A stretch of 64,000 nucleotides of DNA from Chromatiales bacterium (GTDB lineage Bacteria; Pseudomonadota; Gammaproteobacteria; JAHELT01), in contig JAHELT010000005.1 of the NCBI GenBank assembly GCA_024644045.1, positions 8,149-72,148 of the forward strand. Reading direction: 5' to 3'. The first letter of the stretch is position 1. Each line of letters opens with the position of its first letter. The notes beneath the pieces were generated by a model, which ran no database searches, had not been told where the DNA came from, and saw only the letters and a list, made by a program, of their open reading frames with translations. A program made the position numbers and the translations under genes. This document shows, in pieces, positions 47,061-54,191 of this stretch.

Positions 47061-47888
47061 TTACCCGGGCTTGCTCGCGATCAGGCGGATACCGCCCAGG
47101 TTGCCCGCGGTGAAGAGTTTCACGATCGCCCCGTAGAAGTCATCCAGCCCGTCGACGATCTCCGCCCCGTGCAGCGCCAGGTTGCGCGCGCGCTGTGCGC
47201 GAAACCCCGACCAGCGTTCCTGCACGAAAGCGGTCCAGGCCTCGGACATGTCGATCAGCTCGAGCGCTTCGAATCCGGCCGCCGACAGCTCCTCGCGGTA
47301 CTCGTCCATACTCGGGACGCGTTCGCAGAACACGTCGCGCGCCAGACTTTCCTGCTCACCCGGGGTGAACTCACCGCGCGCGAAATAATCCTCAACGTAC
47401 ATGCCGCCACCCGGTTTGAGCGCTTCGAAGCAGCGTGCATAAAGTTCCCTGCGCTGCGGTATGTGCAAAAACGTCAACCAGCTGACCACGGCGTCGTACT
47501 CGTCCGGGCTCACGCCATCCAGCACGTTCCCGCACAGGTGATCGACCCTGTCGCTCAACCCGCAGCGCTCGGTAAGCTGCACGGCGGTTGCGTGCAGGTC
47601 GGGCTGCAGTTCCAGCGCCGCCATCCTGCAACCGCAGCGGTGAGCCAGGTGCCGGGACGGCCCGCCGATGCCCGAGCCGACCTCCAGGACGTTCAGCTCG
47701 GGCGTCAGGCCGAGTCGGCGCACCGCCTCGTCGACGGCCTCGGTTCCGAGGTAGTGATACTGATCGAAGGCGACGAGCTGCTGCACGTCTATCGGCGCAT
47801 CGCCGGCCACGCCGAGCGCCCGCAGCTCGTTGAACACGCGCTCCACCTGGTGGTAGAGCTTCATGGTCTTGATGTCGGCGCCGCTCAC
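47061..47888 (-). CDS. Class I SAM-dependent methyltransferase
   Basis: VLEVGSGIGGPSRHLA is the SAM-binding motif I. Confidence 0.8.
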   Translation of the reverse strand: MSGADIKTMKLYHQVERVFNELRALGVAGDAPIDVQQLVAFDQYHYLGTEAVDEAVRRLGLTPELNVLEVGSGIGGPSRHLAHRCGCRMAALELQPDLHATAVQLTERCGLSDRVDHLCGNVLDGVSPDEYDAVVSWLTFLHIPQRRELYARCFEALKPGGGMYVEDYFARGEFTPGEQESLARDVFCERVPSMDEYREELSAAGFEALELIDMSEAWTAFVQERWSGFRAQRARNLALHGAEIVDGLDDFYGAIVKLFTAGNLGGIRLIASKPG

Positions 47889-47916
47889 CGGGGCGCTCCC
47901 GAAACGGCTTGCCGCC

Positions 47917-48285
47917 TCACTGCATTCGCTCCAGCGCGAACATGCCGAAGCCCAGCACCGAGAGCAGCACGCCGAGCCCTCTGCCGAGGTAGAGCAGCTG
48001 CGTGCGTCGCGCCGTATCGCCTCCCCGCTCGCTGCCCGTCAGCGCCGAATCCTCCGCGGATTGTCGAGCCAGCAGATCGACGGCGGATTTGTCGATGTGC
48101 CCGCCGGGCGCCGCCTTGCCGCCGTGCAGGTCGAGCCGCACACTGATGTAAAGCACGATCAGGCCGACCAGGCCGACCCCGAACCAGCCCAGCCGCGTGC
48201 CGACGCCCATCGCGTAGACGATCACCAGGCCGACACCGATGGCGGCGGCGAGCAGCAGCCCGCGGGTTTGTGCGCGCGAAGCCAT
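47917..48285 (-). CDS. Small membrane protein (2-3 TM)
   Basis: 122 aa with hydrophobic helices; no family recognised. Confidence 0.35.
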   Translation of the reverse strand: MASRAQTRGLLLAAAIGVGLVIVYAMGVGTRLGWFGVGLVGLIVLYISVRLDLHGGKAAPGGHIDKSAVDLLARQSAEDSALTGSERGGDTARRTQLLYLGRGLGVLLSVLGFGMFALERMQ

Positions 48286-48363
48286 AGCCCGGTAACTCTA
48301 TCGGACGTGCGGCGGCGGTACAAATGCGGCTACACTGTCGCCTACCGCAACGGACACCGGCAA

Positions 48364-48996
48364 ATGCTCAGCATCCAGGACGCCACCGATTGCCTGGTGA
48401 TCATCGACGTGCAGAACGATTTCTGCCCGGGCGGCGCGCTGGCGGTGCCCGACGGCGACGCGGTCGTGCCCGCCATCAACTCGCTGAGCAGCCGGTTCGG
48501 CCACCGCGTGCTGACGCAGGACTGGCATCCTGCCGGTCATCTTTCCTTCGCCAGCAGCCATCCCGGCAAAGCGCCCTACGCGACCGCGACGCTGGACTAC
48601 GGCGAGCAGGTGCTGTGGCCGGACCACTGTGTGCAGGGCACGCCCGGGGCCGCGTTCCACGAGGCGCTGAGCACCCTGGGCTGTGAGCTCGTGCTGCGCA
48701 AGGGGTTCCGGCGCGAAATCGATTCCTACTCGGCGTTCTACGAGAACGACCGCAAGACCCCGACCGGCCTGAGCGGCTACCTCGGCACCCGCGGTTTCAA
48801 GCGGCTGTTCATGTGCGGGCTGGCGACCGACTTCTGCGTCGCCTACTCGGCGCTGGACGCGCGGCGCGAAGGATTCGAGGTTTACGTGCTGGACGACGCA
48901 TGCCGGGCGATCGACCTCGAAGGCTCGCTGGCCAATGCCTGGCAGCAGATGCAGGACGCCGGCGCTGAACGCATGAATACCGCGCTGCTGAAGTAG
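48364..48996 (+). CDS. pncA: Nicotinamidase/pyrazinamidase (isochorismatase-family cysteine hydrolase)
   Basis: CLVIIDVQNDFCPGGALAV and FMCGLATDFCVAYSALDA (catalytic Cys). The N-terminal part of the 377-aa track ORF is an antisense shadow. Confidence 0.75.
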   Translation: MLSIQDATDCLVIIDVQNDFCPGGALAVPDGDAVVPAINSLSSRFGHRVLTQDWHPAGHLSFASSHPGKAPYATATLDYGEQVLWPDHCVQGTPGAAFHEALSTLGCELVLRKGFRREIDSYSAFYENDRKTPTGLSGYLGTRGFKRLFMCGLATDFCVAYSALDARREGFEVYVLDDACRAIDLEGSLANAWQQMQDAGAERMNTALLK

Positions 48997-49034
48997 GCGT
49001 ATTCGTCCTTCTTTGCTGCACCTCTCAATCTCCA

Positions 49035-49105
49035 CCCCCGCGGGGGCGAAGGCTATTTTTTGTTCCCCTCTCCTGAAGGAGGGGGTCAGGGGTGAGGGGT
49101 CTCAG
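49035..49105. repeat. Cluster of GC-rich palindromes (REP-like), includes GTGAGGGGTC shared with the element at 576-585
   Basis: CCCCCGCGGGGG followed by a T-run, then CCCCTCTCC...GGAGGGGG and GGTCAGGGGTGAGGGGTC. Lies between the convergent pncA and DUF1223 genes. Confidence 0.4.
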
Positions 49106-49845
49106 GATTCACGCGGGCATCGCCCGGCGCCGAGAATTCTGCCCAGGTCCTGCTTCTGCACGAATACCGCGCAGCCCTGGTTGTCACCCAGCGCCACGCC
49201 CGGCACCGTGAGCTTTACACCCCCGCTCTGCCAGGTGCCGATCTGGCTGAGGTCGGTCACCACGTTGTAATTTTCAAGCTTCTTGCCGTGATTCTCGCCC
49301 CCGGTCACCTCGGTGGTGTGGTGCAGGTCGTAGCGCGCGAGCCACACGGCCGCGCCATCCGGGGCCTCGCCGGCGATCTCGACGAGCAGATTCCGCGCGT
49401 CCAGACGCGCGTTCACGGTCAAGGGCGCCGGTTCGCGCTGCACCTGGCCGATGCGTTTCTCGATGGTGGACCCCGCGGAGCCCACCGCCGCGTAGCGGCC
49501 GCCGATGACCATCTGCGGCGTATAGACGCCGCGGCGTCCCTGCAGACGGGCCGAGGCATAGCGACGCTGGCGCAGCGTGTACTCCGGCTTTGAATGCACG
49601 TCCTCCCAGTTGCCCGCGGAACCCCAGATCAGGTCGTTCCAGTAGTCGACGTGGAACTCCAGGGCAATGACCTCCTCGCCGCGCACGCGCTTGAGCTGAC
49701 CGAGATACTTTTCGGCAGCCGGGCAGGAGTAACATCCCTGCGAGGTAAACAGCTCCACGATCACGGGCTGCGGCTGCCCGGCGTGCGCGCTGCCCAGCGC
49801 CGCCAGGGCGAGTGAAATACTCAGGATCAGCTTACCGCTCGACAT
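49102..49845 (-). CDS. DUF1223 family secreted thioredoxin-like protein
   Basis: Signal peptide MSSGKLILSISLALAALGSAHA with RBS GAGGAG. PVIVELFTSQGCYSCPAAE is the DUF1223 CxxC motif. Confidence 0.75.
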   Translation of the reverse strand: MSSGKLILSISLALAALGSAHAGQPQPVIVELFTSQGCYSCPAAEKYLGQLKRVRGEEVIALEFHVDYWNDLIWGSAGNWEDVHSKPEYTLRQRRYASARLQGRRGVYTPQMVIGGRYAAVGSAGSTIEKRIGQVQREPAPLTVNARLDARNLLVEIAGEAPDGAAVWLARYDLHHTTEVTGGENHGKKLENYNVVTDLSQIGTWQSGGVKLTVPGVALGDNQGCAVFVQKQDLGRILGAGRCPRES

Positions 49846-50100
49846 AGTGACTCCTCGCTCGAAACGCCTGAAAACGTAGACCGTTTTACCCGCCGGGCGT
49901 TGCATCAATCATCACACAGAGATCACGGACCAGCCAGATCACGACGCTCGTTCGTCAAAACCGTGTCACCGGATCGCCAAGCATGTGTGATGTAAGTCAT
50001 TGTTTTACAGAGGTAATGTGCGGCACGTCACGTAAAACCCGCAGATCGCATTCTGGCACGCTGCCTGCTACAACTGCGGCAACGAATCAGCTAGAGGTGT

Positions 50101-50283
50101 GTGATGAACAACAGGACGCGCAAACTGCAGCTTTTCATGCGTGCGCTCAGCGTATCGGAGCTGGAAGGCAACCTGGTGCGCAACGTCGAGACCGAGCTCG
50201 CGCGCATGGACCCCGAGCGCTCCATCGGCTCCCAGAGCGGTCTGCACAACGCCGTCTCATTGCCGGAGCTGGCCGAGGACTAA
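50101..50283 (+). CDS. Hypothetical small protein (60 aa)
   Basis: RBS AGAGGT N5 ATG. Sits in an AT-richer intergenic region. No homology recognised. Confidence 0.3.
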   Translation: MMNNRTRKLQLFMRALSVSELEGNLVRNVETELARMDPERSIGSQSGLHNAVSLPELAED

Positions 50284-50359
50284 CCTGCATAGTGCATGAA
50301 GGCGGGCGCGTTTGTTCGTCGAATCCGACTGTTGAACTTCTATCCGAGCAACATTGCCC

Positions 50360-50387
50360 ACTGGTGAAAAGGCCGGCCTCAGGCCGG
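50360..50387 (-). terminator. Intrinsic terminator of the exbB-exbD-exbD-tonB operon (hairpin encloses the tonB stop codon)
   Basis: The minus strand reads CCGGCC-TGA-GGCCGG followed by CCTTTTC. Confidence 0.45.
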
Positions 50388-51368
50388 GAAGAAATCGATG
50401 GGCAGCGTGGTCTTGATGGTGCCGACTTGCTTGGGCCCGAAATTGATCAGCTTGATCCGCGCCAGCAGCTTTCGCTCCAGCGCGGGCGCAGCGAGCTCGC
50501 TGGACAGCAGCTTCACCGAAGTCACCTGGCCCGATGGCGCGATGGTGATCTCCAGCACCAGCTTGCCCTTGAGCGTGGGATCTTTGCGCAGTTCGCGATT
50601 GTAAATACGGAACAGTGCGCTCTTGTTCTTGTCGATGACATCGCTGATCTCTTCCTCGGTGCGCGCGGCAACGCGTTGCTTGGTGCTGGCTTTGGCAACG
50701 GTAGCGCCCTGCGTGGTGGCAGGCGCCTCCACCCGGCTCGTGGTGCGCGCCGCCAGCTGGGTGCCGCCGGTGCTGGTGCTCAGCGCGCTGGTGTTGATGC
50801 CGCCGCTGCCCTGGCTGGCGCCGGCGCCCGAGGTCACGATGCTGCGGGTCGGCGCCGTGACCTGCTTCGCCGCGCGGGTTTGCTCGCCGGCGACCTTCAG
50901 CTTTTTCGTGTTCCGGGTCAGATTGGCGACCGATGACAGGTCGCGCAGACCGGCCAGCTGATCGGAGAATGCCAGTATCCCGGAGCTCGCGGCTTTCTTG
51001 CGCGCCTGCTGGGTGGTCTGCTTTTTCGGCGCCGGCTTCGGCTTGGGCTTCTCCACCTTGGGCTCGGGTTTCTTCTCCGGCTCCGGTTTCTTCTCCGGCT
51101 TCTTCTCGGGTTTCTTCGGCTCCACCTTCGCCACCTTGGGCGGCGGTGGCGGCTGCTGTTTGCGTTGCAGGATCAGCTGCGCGACACGCGGCGGCAGCTC
51201 CGTTACCTCGCGCTCGGCCCGCTCGGGCAAGGGTAGAAACGGCATCACCAGGGAAAGAAACAGGAACGTCAGACCGACGATGAGCAACAGGCGCCGGAAA
51301 CGGCGCTCGTCCTCGGGGATCGCGACCCACGGCAGCTCCGGCGAGATCCTGGCGGTGGCCGCGTTCAT
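50379..51368 (-). CDS. tonB: TonB-family energy transducer with long Pro/Lys/Glu-rich periplasmic spacer
   Basis: Start MNAATARISPELPWVAIPEDERRFRRLLLIVGLTFLFL (TM anchor), ATGA-overlapping the exbD stop. Spacer is PPPPPKVAKVEPKKPEKKPEKKPEPEKKPE. The C-terminal domain resembles a TonB CTD. Confidence 0.8.
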   Translation of the reverse strand: MNAATARISPELPWVAIPEDERRFRRLLLIVGLTFLFLSLVMPFLPLPERAEREVTELPPRVAQLILQRKQQPPPPPKVAKVEPKKPEKKPEKKPEPEKKPEPKVEKPKPKPAPKKQTTQQARKKAASSGILAFSDQLAGLRDLSSVANLTRNTKKLKVAGEQTRAAKQVTAPTRSIVTSGAGASQGSGGINTSALSTSTGGTQLAARTTSRVEAPATTQGATVAKASTKQRVAARTEEEISDVIDKNKSALFRIYNRELRKDPTLKGKLVLEITIAPSGQVTSVKLLSSELAAPALERKLLARIKLINFGPKQVGTIKTTLPIDFFPA

Positions 51369-51862
51369 GTGGCCTTCTGCACCACGGACAGCGAGATGCG
51401 CCCGAAGCCCGCTTTGGTGCAGGTGAGCATCACTCGCTTCAACAGGCTGAACGGAATCTCCTTGTCGCCCATGATGGTGATTTCGCGCCCGGCCGGACCC
51501 GCGTCGACCACCGTCACCCGGCGCCGTTGCGCCTGCTCGCGCAGCGCCGCATCCAGGGATCCGATCTGCGTTTGCGCACCGCTCATCGCCTGGGCGATCG
51601 ACGTAACGCGCCGCCCCTGCAGCAGGATCTCCTCCTCGGTGACCATCACCACCAGCGTCTCGCGCGGCTTCTCGGCCGCCAGCGACTCGGGCAGCTGAAT
51701 AGCTTTCGCGCTCGGCAGCACCTCGACGTCGCTCGAGTTCACCAGCAGGAAGAACACCAGGATGGTGAAGATGTCCATCAGCGAGATGATGTTGAAGCCG
51801 GGCGTCCTCGATTGACGCTCGTGGCGACGTTCCATGCGTTGTGCGCGGCGCGACATCTTCAT
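51365..51862 (-). CDS. exbD: ExbD/TolR-family biopolymer transport protein
   Basis: FNIISLMDIFTILVFFLLVNSS is the TM region, and the periplasmic domain follows. Confidence 0.85.
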   Translation of the reverse strand: MKMSRRAQRMERRHERQSRTPGFNIISLMDIFTILVFFLLVNSSDVEVLPSAKAIQLPESLAAEKPRETLVVMVTEEEILLQGRRVTSIAQAMSGAQTQIGSLDAALREQAQRRRVTVVDAGPAGREITIMGDKEIPFSLLKRVMLTCTKAGFGRISLSVVQKAT

Positions 51863-51911
51863 ACCGGCGCGCTCCGCATGCGGCCCGTGCGCCTACCGCC
51901 CGCAGCAACCA

Positions 51912-52397
51912 TCAGCCAGCCCTGCGCGGCGCATCGCCGATCGAGATCTGGGGAAACAGCGCCGCACGCGACGCCTGGTTGTTGTCCAGACGCACCGCGT
52001 CCATGATCTGCACCAGCACATCGTAAGACACGTTCGGCTCCAGCAGCAGCGTGATGTCCTGCTTGTTCGGGAAGCGTTCCTTGACCTTCTCCAGGTAGCG
52101 CGTGAGCTCGGCGAGGGGATAAACGCCGTCACGCGCGCGCAGGCGCTTCAAGGGTCCGCTGCTGCGGTCGCCGATCACCAGCTCGGCGTCCCGCACGATC
52201 ACCTCCAGCTGCAGCGTCCGCTTCTGCGACTGTCCGGCCTGCTCGCTGGTCGGCAGGTTCAGCTCGAGGATCGTGATGCGGGAAAACACCGCCGTGATGA
52301 GCAGAAACGGCACCAGCACGACCATCAGGTTCATGAAGGCCGTGATGTTGAGCTCGGGCTGCCGGGCGCGGCGTGTACGCCGCCAACGCGCTCTCAT
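51912..52397 (-). CDS. exbD: ExbD/TolR-family biopolymer transport protein (second copy)
   Basis: LNITAFMNLMVVLVPFLLITAVF TM region and the ExbD fold pattern. Confidence 0.85.
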   Translation of the reverse strand: MRARWRRTRRARQPELNITAFMNLMVVLVPFLLITAVFSRITILELNLPTSEQAGQSQKRTLQLEVIVRDAELVIGDRSSGPLKRLRARDGVYPLAELTRYLEKVKERFPNKQDITLLLEPNVSYDVLVQIMDAVRLDNNQASRAALFPQISIGDAPRRAG

Positions 52398-53053
52398 TGC
52401 GCGGGCGCCTCGCGCCGCTGGACGTTACCGATCAGGTTCAGCAGCTTCACCGATGCCATCTCGATGCTGTCCACCAGCTCGGTAGTCTTGGTCTGCAACA
52501 GCGCGTGCACCAGCAGCAGCGGAATTCCCACCATCAGGCCGAACGCGGTGGTGTTCATCGCCACCGAGATACTCGCCGAGAGCAGATCGGCTTTTTCCGC
52601 CGGACTGGCGCTCGAGACGGCGGTGAATGCTTCGATCAGGCCGATGATGGTGCCGAGCAGCCCGAGCAGCGTGGCGATGTTGGCGAAGGTCGCCAAATAA
52701 TGCGTGCGCCGTTCCAGCCGCGGGATCACCTCCATCAGCCCCTCCTCCATCGCCATCTCCAGGTCTTCCCGGCGGCGCGCCGTCTTCGAGCGCGTCAGCG
52801 CATAGCTCAGGATCTTGCTGATCGCGGTTTTCGACCTGGCCGCGGCGGACAGGGCCTGCTGGAACTTGCCGCCTTCCAGCATCGGCTGAAACTGGTTCCA
52901 TTCGCGCCGGTTCTTGGCGCTGGACAATCCCAGGTACACGTAACGCTCGATGGCAATCACCATCCCCAGCGCCAGCACCACCACGATGGGATACATGAAC
53001 ACACCGCCGGACTGAAAGAAACCGACGATCGCGGTATAAGCTTCCATAACCAA
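52394..53053 (-). CDS. exbB: MotA/TolQ/ExbB proton-channel family protein
   Basis: 219 aa, three TM segments, with conserved region ...IATLLGLLGTIIGLIEAF...AMNTTAFGLMVGIPLL. Confidence 0.9.
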   Translation of the reverse strand: MVMEAYTAIVGFFQSGGVFMYPIVVVLALGMVIAIERYVYLGLSSAKNRREWNQFQPMLEGGKFQQALSAAARSKTAISKILSYALTRSKTARRREDLEMAMEEGLMEVIPRLERRTHYLATFANIATLLGLLGTIIGLIEAFTAVSSASPAEKADLLSASISVAMNTTAFGLMVGIPLLLVHALLQTKTTELVDSIEMASVKLLNLIGNVQRREAPAQ

Positions 53054-53217
53054 TCCCCTTCAAACTCTCGACAAACCGGTGCGAACCGCCCCGCTTCCTC
53101 CGGGCGCCCGCAGCGCGAATCCCGCGCACGCGCGGACTCCGCTGTACCGCAAGGTCCCTGCGCGGCAGCGTATCTTTCGCACAACGGTTAACGGCCGTTG
53201 CGCGTCTGAGTGAACGA

Positions 53218-53502
53218 TCACTCGATCGCGAAGCCCGCCTCGTAATAGCGCAGCTCGCGGCGGAACACCGGCGGATCTATTGGATTGAGCTGCTCGCGCA
53301 GCAGGCTGCCCTCCGGCTCACCCGCCAGATCGCCCGGCAGAGCGCGTTTCCAGGGCACCAGCGTGATGGTTTTCGGCAGCTCCGGATTGCCGACGATCGA
53401 AATGCCGTCCAGCTCGATGACATCGTCCTGGGCCGCGGCGGGGGTGACCGCGAGCAGCAGCGTAAGGGCCAGCAGCGCACGCGCAAGCGCCCGTCCCGGC
53501 AC
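53218..53502 (-). CDS. Small secreted protein in TonB cluster (start uncertain)
   Basis: Signal-like ALARALLALTLLLAVTPAAAQDD. The track ORF overlaps the upstream TPR gene; a GTG at 53502 was chosen. Confidence 0.35.
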   Translation of the reverse strand: MPGRALARALLALTLLLAVTPAAAQDDVIELDGISIVGNPELPKTITLVPWKRALPGDLAGEPEGSLLREQLNPIDPPVFRRELRYYEAGFAIE

Positions 53503-53534
53503 CCCGGCACGACCCGCGCGACTGCGCCCGGCAC

Positions 53535-54191
53535 TCACTGGCCCCGACCCGTGCGCCGCTTTAAATCGACGATCCACAATCCGACGCGCTCCGCCTGTGC
53601 GCCCCCCAGCTCCACATAGCGCGCATAGTGTGACAAAGCGCAATCCGCCTGGCGTAGAAACAAGTCACACAAAATGCCCATATTGAGGTGCAGCGGCGCG
53701 TAATCCGGGCTGGCGTCGAGCGCCTCGCGGTACAGGCCCCGGGCGGCCTCGAAGCGCCCGGCGCGGCGCTCGGCGATGGCCAGCTGATTGAGGACCACCG
53801 GGTGTCCGGGCCGCAGCACCAGCGCATCGTCGAACGCCTGACGCGCGCCCGGCAGGTCATCGAGCCGCAACCGCGCGATACCCAGATTCACGTGCGCCCC
53901 CACCAGGTCGGGGTTCATCTGCAGGATCTGCTCGAGCAGCTTGCTGGCTCCCTCGTAGTCCTCCTCGCGCATGCCCGCGAGCGCCTCATCGAAGGTTTCC
54001 AGGGTTTCGAGGTTCGGCGGCATGGGACCGATCAGCTGCGGCACCGGCTGCGCCGCTCCGCCCGCCGGCGCCGCGTCCGGGGCGGACTCCGCCTCCGGTT
54101 CCGCGACGGGTGGCAGAGAGCCGCAGCCCGACAGCATCAGCGCGGCGCCGGCGGCCAGCGGCAGCCATGAACTACTGCAGCGTTTCGACAT
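53535..54191 (-). CDS. Tetratricopeptide-repeat lipoprotein
   Basis: Lipobox LMLSGC. TPR motifs (AHVNLGIARLRLDDLPGARQAFDDAL...). Confidence 0.7.
   Translation of the reverse strand: MSKRCSSSWLPLAAGAALMLSGCGSLPPVAEPEAESAPDAAPAGGAAQPVPQLIGPMPPNLETLETFDEALAGMREEDYEGASKLLEQILQMNPDLVGAHVNLGIARLRLDDLPGARQAFDDALVLRPGHPVVLNQLAIAERRAGRFEAARGLYREALDASPDYAPLHLNMGILCDLFLRQADCALSHYARYVELGGAQAERVGLWIVDLKRRTGRGQ

Noticed and set aside
47863-48996. 377-aa track ORF for PncA
   Set aside because: The N-terminal 167 aa overlap the opposite-strand membrane protein gene and lack isochorismatase homology. The true start is the internal ATG at 48364.
51365-53053. Possibility that ExbB/ExbD genes are a Zorya-like (ZorAB) defence motor
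   Set aside because: ExbB is a normal ~220-aa MotA/TolQ/ExbB protein without the long ZorA tail. The ExbD copies lack a peptidoglycan-binding domain. A canonical TonB follows.
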